Source: Bacteroidales bacterium
GTDB lineage: Bacteria; Bacteroidota; Bacteroidia; Bacteroidales; VadinHA17
DNA length: 64,000 nt
Direction of reading: 5' to 3'
Assembly: GCA_021157415.1 (NCBI GenBank)
Contig: JAGGWN010000123.1
Location: 1,226-65,225, forward strand
The notes under the pieces are model-generated. The model saw only the letters and a list, made by a program, of their open reading frames with translations. It ran no database searches and was not told where the DNA came from. The position numbers and the translations under genes are program-made. This document shows, piece by piece, positions 1 through 9,124 of the stretch (position 1 is the first letter of the stretch; each line of letters starts with the position of its first letter).

Positions 1-43
1 GACAGGAGTGGGGTAAAGCAATGGGAATAAGTCTAGTGGCTTT

Positions 44-745
44 TTACTCTCCTAACAAGCCTTCGTCGGCAAAGCTAAAGTATTGGTCATTGCCCAGGAT
101 AACATGATCCAGGAGTCGTATCTCCATGAACCCGGCAGCCTCACTGATCTTTTTGGTAATTTCTTTATCAGCCCGGCTGGGTTGCAGGTTTCCGGAAGGA
201 TGGTTGTGACATATCACCAGGGAGGTAGCCATATTTTCCAGGGCGTTTTTCAGGATGAGCCTGATATCTGTCACGGTCCCGACAATCCCCCCCTGACTGA
301 TTTTTTTCCAGGCTATGATGCGATTGGAGCGACTCAGATGAAGCACCCAGAATTCTTCATGGGAAAGATCTCCGAGAAAAGGATGGAAGAAATTGAACAC
401 ATCCCGGCTGGAGGTAATCTGTTTTTTCTGCAATACCTCTGAGAGCTTACGCCGCCGTCCCAGCTCCATGGCAGCAATGATCGAGATGGCTTTGGCCTCG
501 CCAATACCGTTGAACTTTTGTAGGTCATGCACACTCAGGCGGGAGAGCTCATTGAGATTATTTCCCGTAGCATTCAGTATCCTTTTGGCCAGATCGACCG
601 CCGATTCGCGCGACGTACCGGAACGAATCAAGATCGCAATCAGTTCAGCATCGGTGAGGGAACTGATCCCTTTAGACAGCAATTTCTCCCTGGGACGGTC
701 TTCCACAGCCCATTGTTTGATACTGAGTTTTTCGTAATCTGCCAT
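44..745 (-). CDS. radC: RadC family (JAB domain) protein
   Basis: N-terminal EDRPREKL, HhH-like GIGEAKA, JAB motif HNHPSGNLQPSRAD and LLDHVILG. Confidence 0.95.
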   Translation of the reverse strand: MADYEKLSIKQWAVEDRPREKLLSKGISSLTDAELIAILIRSGTSRESAVDLAKRILNATGNNLNELSRLSVHDLQKFNGIGEAKAISIIAAMELGRRRKLSEVLQKKQITSSRDVFNFFHPFLGDLSHEEFWVLHLSRSNRIIAWKKISQGGIVGTVTDIRLILKNALENMATSLVICHNHPSGNLQPSRADKEITKKISEAAGFMEIRLLDHVILGNDQYFSFADEGLLGE

Positions 746-800
746 GCCGTTAAGTAATGCAGGATGGATGGTTCAAGATATAAAAAACCGGCGATACGGC

Positions 801-826
801 AAAAAAATACCTTCCGAAGAAGGTAT
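801..826 (-). terminator. Rho-independent terminator of rpsT
   Basis: Minus strand ATACCTTC-TTCG-GAAGGTAT followed by a T-tract, 35 nt after the rpsT stop. Confidence 0.8.
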
Positions 827-861
827 GGCTATACATGAAAGTTATATATAGTGTAAATTTA

Positions 862-1113
862 TTACAGGCTGTTGATGTGTTTAGCCAGCTTGGATTTGAG
901 ATTGGCTGCTTTGTTTTTATGAATAACATGCGTTTTAGCAAGTTTATCCAGCATCGCCTCCACTTTGGGGTACAATTCAACTGCTTCCTGTTTATCGGTG
1001 GTTTTCCTTAACGTTTTAACAGCATTACGCGTCGTTCTGGCATAATACCGGTTATGTTGTTTTCTTTTCTGTTCCTGTCTTATCCTTTTCAGTGCTGAAA
1101 GATGATGTGCCAT
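862..1113 (-). CDS. rpsT: 30S ribosomal protein S20
   Basis: 83 aa basic protein, [13 protein letters not shown]...[13 protein letters not shown]. Confidence 0.97.
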   Translation of the reverse strand: MAHHLSALKRIRQEQKRKQHNRYYARTTRNAVKTLRKTTDKQEAVELYPKVEAMLDKLAKTHVIHKNKAANLKSKLAKHINSL

Positions 1114-1143
1114 AATGTCCTTATAATAAAGTTGTTCTGTTTC

Positions 1144-1218
1144 TGGTAGTCCGTAGGGGAATCGAACCCCTGTTACCAGGATGAAAACCTGGCGTCCTAA
1201 CCCCTAGACGAACGGACC
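1144..1218 (-). tRNA. tRNA-Glu (anticodon TTC), CCA encoded
   Basis: Minus strand GGTCCGTTCGTCTAGGGGTTAGGACGCCAGGTTTTCATCCTGGTAACAGGGGTTCGATTCCCCTACGGACTACCA; cloverleaf with GTTCGA T-loop. Confidence 0.97.
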
Positions 1219-1229
1219 AAATTGGAGTG

Positions 1230-1288
1230 CAAAGGTAAAAATATTTTTTTTTCTGCAAATTTTTTTTCTTCTAAAAAATTTATCTTTG
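1230..1288. promoter_or_regulatory. Back-to-back Bacteroidota sigma-A -7 boxes (TAnnTTTG)
   Basis: TACCTTTG on minus strand (1230-1237) upstream of tRNA-Glu/rpsT; TATCTTTG on plus strand (1281-1288) upstream of the MBL hydrolase. Confidence 0.7.
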
Positions 1289-1322
1289 TCGATCATCCTT
1301 AAATAATCTTAAATAATACGGT

Positions 1323-2168
1323 ATGAAGTTATTTCGTGTACATATATCAAACTTCAAAATTGACGGGGGCGCCATGTTTGGAGTGGTTCCCAAGACTTTG
1401 TGGCAAAAGGTATATCCGGCCGACGAGAATAACCTTTGTAACTGGGCCCTGCGCTCTCTGCTCATTGATACGGGCGACCGGCGCATACTCATAGATAACG
1501 GTTACGGGGACAAGCAAAATGAAAAATTTTTCAAATATGTGTACCTCAACGGGGGGGACGGGCTGGAAGGAGGTCTGAAAAAGGCCGGTTATGCGTTGGA
1601 AGATATTACCGATATGGTATTGACTCACCTGCATGCCGACCATTGTGGCGGAGGTATCCGTTACAACCGGGCCCATACCGGCTTTGAGCCGGTTTTCCCG
1701 CATGCAACGTATTGGATCAGCCAATCTCATTGGGAATGGGCTACTCACCCCAATCCACGTGAGAAAGACGCTTTTCTGAAAGAAAATATTCTGCCCATGC
1801 AGGAAAGCGGACAACTGAAACTTATTGAAAACGATACGGAACTGGTCGCCGGATTAGACCTAAGGATCTATAACGGTCACACCCGCGGTCAACTGATCCC
1901 TTTTATCCATTACCATGGGCGGACCCTGGTGTTCATGGCCGACCTGATCCCGTCTGTGGCCCACCTGCCGCTGGTATGGAACATGAGCTATGATATTGAA
2001 CCCCTGGTTACCCTGCAGGAAAAAGCAGACTTTTTAAAAGAAGCATATGAAAAGAATTACATTCTTTTTTTCGAACACGACCTATACCACGAATGCTGCA
2101 CGATTAAACTGACAGACAAGGGATACCGGGCAGAGAGATTCTTTACACTGGAAAACTTACCTACGTAG
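1323..2168 (+). CDS. MBL-fold metallo-hydrolase (YtnP-like)
   Basis: DGGAMFGVVPK, THLHADHCGG metal motif, GHT, MADL, FEHD. Confidence 0.9.
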   Translation: MKLFRVHISNFKIDGGAMFGVVPKTLWQKVYPADENNLCNWALRSLLIDTGDRRILIDNGYGDKQNEKFFKYVYLNGGDGLEGGLKKAGYALEDITDMVLTHLHADHCGGGIRYNRAHTGFEPVFPHATYWISQSHWEWATHPNPREKDAFLKENILPMQESGQLKLIENDTELVAGLDLRIYNGHTRGQLIPFIHYHGRTLVFMADLIPSVAHLPLVWNMSYDIEPLVTLQEKADFLKEAYEKNYILFFEHDLYHECCTIKLTDKGYRAERFFTLENLPT

Positions 2169-2181
2169 GCGCCTACGTAGG
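2160..2181. repeat. Perfect 22-bp nested palindrome CCTACGTAGG-CG-CCTACGTAGG
   Basis: Read directly; second copy of the core at 50509-50534. Confidence 0.8.
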
Positions 2182-2289
2182 GGCAACAGAATCTGACCTG
2201 TTTTGTTTTATAAGAAATAATAAAATCGACATATATCGATTTTATTATTATTTCTGTTAGTCCATCATCACAAAAAGAGGGGAACAAGC

Positions 2290-2542
2290 TTTATGAATCA
2301 TTTAACGGCTCTATTTATGCAGGGAAAGAAAGAGATACTTTACCCTGTCCCCTGTTTATGAAGACCGGGCATTTCTGCTTGATTTATTACGAAAAGAACT
2401 CGCACAAATATCCTCTCTTTCAACGGACGGCATTGTACGTGTTTTGAAGCAATTTGAAAAAGACAAATTGATCCGGTTCTCAGGAAAACATCTGGAGATC
2501 CTTGACTTTGAGAAAATAAAGAAAATATCCGCCTGGGGATAA
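2290..2542 (+). pseudogene. 3' remnant of a Crp/Fnr-family regulator (HTH domain only)
   Basis: Frame from 2342 reads ...LLDLLRKELAQISSLSTDGIVRVLKQFEKDKLIRFSGKHLEILDFEKIKKISAWG*; upstream is frameshifted/stopped and there is no effector domain. Confidence 0.75.
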
Positions 2543-2744
2543 TATATTTACCGAAAAATCAGTACTGATCTTTTCTCTGTGTGACTGCCGGACAAGCAGT
2601 CTCTTTTTATTCTTGACACTACATATTTGTTGAGAATAATAGATCAATATCGGCTGAAGCCCCTTGTGTTTTTCCTTCAAAATATTCTATCTTTATCCGC
2701 TAAAATAAATTTCTGACGACACCACAAGGAAAAATTTCCGGTTA

Positions 2745-5700
2745 ATGAAAAAAATTATCAACTTCCTGTTTTCCACCCCTTTCATGGGGTTTTTACTGCT
2801 ACTTATGGCCGTAGCTGCCGGCATGGCAACGTTTATAGAGAGCCGTTATGGTCCGGTGGCAGCCCGGGTGACAGTGTATGACGCCTGGTGGTTCAAGCTG
2901 GTTATTCTGCTGATCGTGGTTAACCTTACGGCCAACATGTTTAAGTACAAAGTTTACCGGAAGAAAAAATGGACCATCTTTCTTTTTCATATCGCTTTTG
3001 TCTTTATTTTTCTGGGTGCTGCCGTTACCCGGTACATCAGCTATGAAGGGACCATGCATATCCGTGAAGGGGAAGATTCTTCCACCCTGCTCACTACCGA
3101 TACCTGGTTATACGGGACAGTAAAAAACGGAGAGACTACCGTTTCATTTCACAAGAAAATATTATTGACCCCGGGCAAGAAAAACAGATTCAAAAAACAT
3201 ATTTCCCTGGGCGGCAAAAAATACACACTAAGACTTGTGAAATTTCTGCCTTCAGCACAAGCTACCCTGCTGCCCGATCCTGCAGGCAAACCGGTATTGA
3301 AACTGGTGATCCTCAACATGCAAAACCGGGAAGATTATTACCTGCGGGAAGGAGACACACTCCGGCTATCAGGAAAACTTATAGGATTTGGGAACAACAA
3401 TCCGGTCCCTGATCTTTCCTTTTTTTATAAGAACGGAAAACTACAACTATTTTCCAAACTTGACATGATTCATACCGACATGAGGGCAAACCGTCAGGAC
3501 ACAATCGCTGCCGGGACAACAACAGACGTCACGCTGCGGAATATTTACCGATCGGGACCTCTGCAGATCGTTCCTGCCGCCTTTCAACCGAAAGGAAAAA
3601 TCTCTTATATCCCTGGGCGCACGATTAATTCAGCATCTGCCGATGTTCTGGAGATGAAAATTGACGGGGACAATACCGGGCAAACGTTTTATGTCAAGGG
3701 ACAGCAAGGCCAGGCTGGCATTCCTGCAGAGATAACCCTTGATAACACTTTGTTCCGTATGTATTACGGAGCACGTGTAATCTCCCTCCCTTTTCGTCTT
3801 CACCTGAATGATTTTCAACTACAACGATATCCGGGATCCAACAGTCCCTCTTCCTATGCCAGTGAAGTAGTTCTGATTGATCCGGGGAAAGGAGTAAAAA
3901 TGCCTTACCGTATATATATGAATCATGTGTTGAATTACCGGGGATACCGTTTTTTCCAGTCCTCCTATGACCGGGATGAAAAAGGCACAATTCTGTCCGT
4001 CAATCACGATGCCCTGGGGACTACGCTCACTTATATCGGTTATTTTCTGATGACCCTCGGCATGTTGTTTTCCATTTTCAACAAAAACAGTCGCTTTATG
4101 ACTCTCGGGCGTTCCATTGATTTATCCGGGGTACCTAAAAAGATCGCTTCTGTTATAGGGCTTATCATCATGATAAACGGGATCTCCGCATCCCAGGCTC
4201 AGGCAAAAACCGGAAATTTTCCGGCCAGGACTGTCCCCCAATCCATGGCGGTTGCATTCCGTGACGTGCTGGTACAGGATCAGGGAGGACGCATCAAACC
4301 TTTCCAGACTCTGGCTTCTGAAATTGTACGGAAAGTAGCTTATAAATCCACCATTAACGGGATATCTCCGGAACGTGTGGTATTAAGTATGGTTTTTTAT
4401 CCACGTGAGTGGCAGAAAATTCCGATGATCCGCGTATCCAACGACCAGGTAAAAAAGATGATCGGCATGCACGGCTCCTTTGCCTCTTTCACGGACTTTT
4501 TTGATACAGCACATAATAACACCTATATTCTTTCGGATGCAGTGCAAAGGGCCTACCGGAAAGATCCGGGCAGACGAAGCAAAGCAGATCAGGATATTTT
4601 AAAAACAGATGAAAGACTGAATATCTGTTATCTTGTTTACACGGGGAAGATGTTGCGTTTGTTTCCTGCCCCCGGGGATCCCGACAACCGCTGGTATTCT
4701 CCAGCCGAAATCCCGGAACATGTTTCCGGAGAAGATTCCGTTTTCGTAACCAGCACCATTCAGCTTTTGTTTACCAGCATGCACGAAGGAAATGCAGATG
4801 AGAAGGTGCTGCGGGTCATTGATGGCATCAAGAATTATCAGGTTACCAGGGCTGCCGAACTGATTCCTTCTTCCGGCAAGGTTAAAATGGAGATACTGTA
4901 TAATAAGGCAGCCCTCTTTGAGAAAATTTCAATGGCATACGGATTGTTGGGATTTGTCCTTCTTGTTCTGTTGTTCATTCATATCCTGATCCCGGCCTTA
5001 AAAATAAAACCCGTTATCCGGGTTTCTGTGATACTTATCAGCCTGGGGTTTGCTTTTCACACCCTGGGGCTTATCCTTCGATGGTATATTTCGGGTCATG
5101 CACCCTGGAGCAATGGTTATGAATCGATGATCTACATCGCATGGGCTACCATGTTGGCGGGGATCCTATTCGTCCGTAAATCACCCTTTGCTCTGGCAGC
5201 GGGAGGGATCCTGGCTGCATTGACACTTTTCGTTGCCCACCTGAGCTGGATGAGTCCGGAGATCACCAATCTGGTACCGGTATTAAAATCTTATTGGCTT
5301 ACGATCCATGTATCTGTCATCACTGCCAGCTATGGTTTTGTAGGCATGGGCATGGTGTTGGGGTTTTTTAATCTGATATTGATGATTGTCAGAAACGACA
5401 AAAACAAAGAACACATAGATCAAACCATCACCACCCTGACACGTATCAATGAGATGACGCTGATTCTGGGAGCATATTTTATTTTTATCGGCACTTTTCT
5501 GGGAGGGATCTGGGCCAATGAGTCGTGGGGCCGTTACTGGGGATGGGATCCCAAAGAGACCTGGGCTCTGGTCACAGGCCTGGTTTATGTCTTTGTCCTG
5601 CATATGCGGCTGATCCCGGGCCTACGGGGAGAGTTTGCTTTCAACCTGGCATCGGTACTGGCCTTTTTCTCAGTCATCATGACCTATTTCGGCGTCAATT

Positions 5701-5843
5701 ACTATCTCTCCGGCCTTCATTCCTATGCTTCGGGAGAAGCCGAACCCATCCCTGTTGGCGTCTATGTTTTTTTGGGATTACTGGCCACCGTCATCCTGCT
5801 TGCCTGGAGAAAAAGCAGCACCCCGGAGCAGGCAGAAAGATAG
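2745..5843 (+). CDS. ccsA: Fused cytochrome c biogenesis system II protein CcsBA (ResB + CcsA)
   Basis: N-terminal TM with FH, MNHVL.Y.GYRFFQSSYD, GHAPWSNGYES, WWD motif WANESWGRYWGWDPKETW, GLHSY. Confidence 0.92.
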   Translation: MKKIINFLFSTPFMGFLLLLMAVAAGMATFIESRYGPVAARVTVYDAWWFKLVILLIVVNLTANMFKYKVYRKKKWTIFLFHIAFVFIFLGAAVTRYISYEGTMHIREGEDSSTLLTTDTWLYGTVKNGETTVSFHKKILLTPGKKNRFKKHISLGGKKYTLRLVKFLPSAQATLLPDPAGKPVLKLVILNMQNREDYYLREGDTLRLSGKLIGFGNNNPVPDLSFFYKNGKLQLFSKLDMIHTDMRANRQDTIAAGTTTDVTLRNIYRSGPLQIVPAAFQPKGKISYIPGRTINSASADVLEMKIDGDNTGQTFYVKGQQGQAGIPAEITLDNTLFRMYYGARVISLPFRLHLNDFQLQRYPGSNSPSSYASEVVLIDPGKGVKMPYRIYMNHVLNYRGYRFFQSSYDRDEKGTILSVNHDALGTTLTYIGYFLMTLGMLFSIFNKNSRFMTLGRSIDLSGVPKKIASVIGLIIMINGISASQAQAKTGNFPARTVPQSMAVAFRDVLVQDQGGRIKPFQTLASEIVRKVAYKSTINGISPERVVLSMVFYPREWQKIPMIRVSNDQVKKMIGMHGSFASFTDFFDTAHNNTYILSDAVQRAYRKDPGRRSKADQDILKTDERLNICYLVYTGKMLRLFPAPGDPDNRWYSPAEIPEHVSGEDSVFVTSTIQLLFTSMHEGNADEKVLRVIDGIKNYQVTRAAELIPSSGKVKMEILYNKAALFEKISMAYGLLGFVLLVLLFIHILIPALKIKPVIRVSVILISLGFAFHTLGLILRWYISGHAPWSNGYESMIYIAWATMLAGILFVRKSPFALAAGGILAALTLFVAHLSWMSPEITNLVPVLKSYWLTIHVSVITASYGFVGMGMVLGFFNLILMIVRNDKNKEHIDQTITTLTRINEMTLILGAYFIFIGTFLGGIWANESWGRYWGWDPKETWALVTGLVYVFVLHMRLIPGLRGEFAFNLASVLAFFSVIMTYFGVNYYLSGLHSYASGEAEPIPVGVYVFLGLLATVILLAWRKSSTPEQAER

Positions 5844-6046
5844 GAATGGCGTTAGCCCCGAGGAATCTTTTTGATCGATTTCAAGTTCGGGACAGGATTT
5901 TTACGCAGGACATGAGTAGTAGGGTAATGTCATATGTCGTATGTTTGCAACATACGACTGTTTAAAAACCATGATCTCTTTATAACAGGACATGCCCTTC
6001 CCCCGGAAATTTTGATTTTTTCTATGAACCCTGATTCCCTCAGCGC

Positions 6047-7058
6047 CTAGACCATCGCGGCCATGATTCTCTCCGGTGTGATCCGGTTCAGACATGCCAT
6101 ATCCCCGCGATGGCAGCGACCTTTGCCATAGACGGTACAGGGACGGCAAGGCAGCTCTTCTTTCGGTATCTGTATCTGCCATTTTTCATCGGCGCCCCAC
6201 GGGGCAAAACCTGCATACGGGTGCGTAGCTCCCCAAATGGAAATCACCGGCACCCCCAGCAAAGCAGCCAGGTGCATATTGGCCGAATCCATGGAAATAA
6301 CCCAATGCATTTGCTGCATTAAGGCCAATTGCTTCCGCAATGACATGGGAAGGGTCAGGTAAACATTTCCCCCGACATTTTCAGCGATCCTTTCCAGTAC
6401 TTCTCTATCTTCAGTCCCGCCAAACAGGTAAAAAGTTACTTTTTTTCTGTGTACCCGTATCATCCGCATCAACCGGATCATCCTGTCATGGGGCCAGGTC
6501 TTCAAAATATGTCGAGCACAGGGGGCAATGCCAACCTTAAGTCCCTCAGGAACCGGCACCGGCAAGTCATTCTTCCAGGCTTCCGGGACATGGATATGTG
6601 GTTCCGGCCCTGCGGGCAGCGTTCGGAGGCCGGCCTGCCGGAACACTTCCAGATAGCGCTCTACCGAATGTTTCAGCGGCCGGAACAGGGTGCCTTTTAC
6701 CAGTTCCCGTTTTTCCCTGCGCCCCTTGTCAATCCGATATACCGGGGTTCCGGACCACCGGAAGAAGGATCGCAGCACCTTGGTACGCAATACGTCATGC
6801 AGGTCAGCCACTGCATCGGCACCGGCTTCTTTCCGCAGTTTCCGAAACAAACGGTACAGGCCCGGTAAAACCTTTGTATTGGCTCAGGTCCGGAGTGATC
6901 AGTGTAAAACGGGGGATGTCTTCAAAAAAAGGGGCAAAGGTATTGCGGGTTACGAAAGAGATATGCAGACCGGGATTGGCCTCCAACACTGCCCGCAGGG
7001 CCGGAACGGTCAGGGCCACATCCCCCATGGCAGACAGGCGAAATACCAGCAGCCTCAT
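6047..7058 (-). pseudogene. Glycosyltransferase family 9 (heptosyltransferase-like), frameshifted
   Basis: N-part MRLLVFRLSAMGDVALT (6804-7058) and C-part DLH...SMDSANMHLA...WGATHP...CRPC (6047-6850) are joined by one extra base at about 6859-6863; may be a sequencing error. Confidence 0.8.
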
Positions 7059-7060
7059 GG

Positions 7061-7432
7061 TCAGTAAAGTTTGTAGGATTTCTCTTCCATCAGTCCCGAA
7101 CCGGTTTTTTCGTTGATGCGGCGTTTCAGCTCGGCACGCAAATCGTTTTGCCGATATACCGAGCGGGCCGTTTTGATAAACTCTTCTCCGAAATTATTTT
7201 TTCTTTCCAGTTCCCTGATCCGGTCTTCGATATCCCACAGCTGCATATTGACATCTTTGAGTTGCTTATAAAGGGGATCGTTTTGAGGAAGAATGCCGGC
7301 GGCCGCTTCACGAAGGAGACGGTACTCCTTCTCGATATTGTGGTGCTTTTCAGGATCTTCAATTTTTTCAAGCTTGATCTCCAGAATGGTCAGCTTATCC
7401 ATGATCTCGCCGTTGGATACTTCGATTTTCAT
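7061..7432 (-). CDS. DUF6165-like small helical protein
   Basis: VSNGEIMDKLTILEIK...LWDIED.IR...ARSVY..ND.RA..K..IN...EEKSY pattern. Confidence 0.8.
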   Translation of the reverse strand: MKIEVSNGEIMDKLTILEIKLEKIEDPEKHHNIEKEYRLLREAAAGILPQNDPLYKQLKDVNMQLWDIEDRIRELERKNNFGEEFIKTARSVYRQNDLRAELKRRINEKTGSGLMEEKSYKLY

Positions 7433-7476
7433 ATGTTAAAATAACAGTTGAAAAGATTAAAATAGTATAAAATCCG

Positions 7477-8118
7477 TCATGCATTTGGTAAAACTTCTGC
7501 AGCATTCACCTGGGAATGATTTTTATATGTATTCCAATCCGGAAAATAATCGCCTGCCTGGTTTCCCCAACAGTACCATCCCGGTCTGCTACCACGAGCA
7601 AACATTTCCAGGTAGGGACCTTTGCTGCATGACTCAATAATATCATACTGTTCATCAGGTTTCCTGCTATGCTCTCTTTTCCTTTGGACAATAATATTTT
7701 CCTGTGTACGTCCCGGTTGTAAAGTACGGGCATTTTTCCCACGAACACCAAATAAAATTATTTCTGTAACATTTCTAAAATAGAAACCTACCCCTCTTCT
7801 GTCAGGACCGCCATCTTTTCTTATTTTATACCATATAATATTCGTTTTGTAATTAAATCCCCAGGCATTCATTACCTCTAATCCCTCAGCCAGGAGAGCA
7901 TTTGGGACCCACAGATATAAATGAGCAGTATCAGCTACGATTTTATGAACCGGTAGATTTTTAATTTCATCTAATGACATGGTTGGGTAACGTGATAATC
8001 TTTTATGTTCAGGAGCCATTTTCCCCGTTCTGTTTTTAAATTGCCAGGGAGGATCTGCCAGGATCGTGGTAAATTTTACTCCATTAGCAAAATTCATTAA
8101 TTCTTTTGAAATGCTCAT
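7477..8118 (-). CDS. MT-A70 family adenine DNA methyltransferase (putative cognate of the adjacent REase)
   Basis: ILADPPW catalytic motif, LYLWV, EHSRKP, LEMFAR; start set at MSISKE (8118) to avoid overlap with the REase. Confidence 0.88.
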   Translation of the reverse strand: MSISKELMNFANGVKFTTILADPPWQFKNRTGKMAPEHKRLSRYPTMSLDEIKNLPVHKIVADTAHLYLWVPNALLAEGLEVMNAWGFNYKTNIIWYKIRKDGGPDRRGVGFYFRNVTEIILFGVRGKNARTLQPGRTQENIIVQRKREHSRKPDEQYDIIESCSKGPYLEMFARGSRPGWYCWGNQAGDYFPDWNTYKNHSQVNAAEVLPNA

Positions 8119-8126
8119 AATAGATA

Positions 8127-8747
8127 TTATTTTTTTATTATTAACCTTGAAGTAATTCCAAAAACCAGTACAGGACATCCTCCATTTCTTCCGGCTTCTA
8201 GTCTGGGTAATAGTTTGCCCATATGTGTTGTACTTGCTCCGTATTTTGGCATAATATTTAATTTCCTGAATACACTGTTTAACTCATTGCTTCTGGTTAC
8301 CAGTACTCCTAAACTAATGGCATCATAATCAAAGAACGCTCTGAAAGCATAGAGATCTCTATCAAAAGTCTGATCTTTACTATTCCATTCCAAATCGAAA
8401 GCAACTCTTCCTTTCACATAATCAACTTTATGAGAACCATGAATTAAAGAATGTTTAAACACCGGATCTTTTTTCTTTTCTATCTCATATACCACCAATT
8501 CAGCGGTCAGATTTTTCTCTTTCCATCCTCTAGGGAATAATAAACTTGAAAATATTTTAGGGATATTGCTTTCATTTCCTCCTGACGCAACAACATCTTC
8601 TTCACAAAATCTGAATTCTCTTAAAGCTGCACATATATCAGCAAATTGATCAGGAAATTCATTGGATAAAATTGCAGCAGCATGTTTATAATCATGAATT
8701 TCATACCATTCCGATATATCTTTTGGGATATATTTTTCCCACCCCAT
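8127..8747 (-). CDS. BglII/BstYI-like type II restriction endonuclease
   Basis: HKVDYVKGRVAFDLEWNSKDQTFDRDL (PD-(D/E)xK-type core), GRNGGCPVLVFGI; co-oriented with the MTase; AT-rich. Confidence 0.8.
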   Translation of the reverse strand: MGWEKYIPKDISEWYEIHDYKHAAAILSNEFPDQFADICAALREFRFCEEDVVASGGNESNIPKIFSSLLFPRGWKEKNLTAELVVYEIEKKKDPVFKHSLIHGSHKVDYVKGRVAFDLEWNSKDQTFDRDLYAFRAFFDYDAISLGVLVTRSNELNSVFRKLNIMPKYGASTTHMGKLLPRLEAGRNGGCPVLVFGITSRLIIKK

Positions 8748-8820
8748 ATTTTTTTAAGTTTTTATAAAATTACAAGAAAATTTTACATTTTCAATGGAAA
8801 AGAAAACTTTTCGAAAATAA

Positions 8821-8984
8821 TCCCAAATGAAGCAATAGAAAAATTGTATTGCTTCATTGACGAAGAAAATCATAGCATTCCATCTAAATGGAATGTAAGA
8901 TTTTCTTGTCAGGGATAACCCAATGCAGCCTTCGGCTAATGCGCAATAAAGACATGTAAAATAACTCTATTGCGCAATTTGGGA
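8821..8984. mobile_element. MITE-like element, copy 1 (164 bp)
   Basis: Termini TCCCAAATGAAGCAATAGA / TCTATTGCGCAATTTGGGA (16/19 inverted match); TAA on both flanks; several internal hairpins. Confidence 0.7.
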
Positions 8985-9124
8985 TAATATAAAAATCCTT
9001 TCTGCCGGCTTCCGTTTGGGAGATTCGTTTACCGTCACATAGATAAACTAACGGGCAGGGATTCAATCACCCTGGAAGGTTGGTTGTTTTCGTTAGACAA
9101 TCAACTGCCGATTATTATCGAAGT

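Noticed and set aside
44-1218. radC next to a tRNA as a sign of an integrated element
   Set aside because: Full-length chromosomal-type RadC beside rpsT; no integrase and no duplicated tRNA 3' end seen in the window
2620-2647. Possible FNR box TTGAG...ATCAA upstream of ccsBA
   Set aside because: Half-site spacing does not fit the canonical TTGAT-N4-ATCAA
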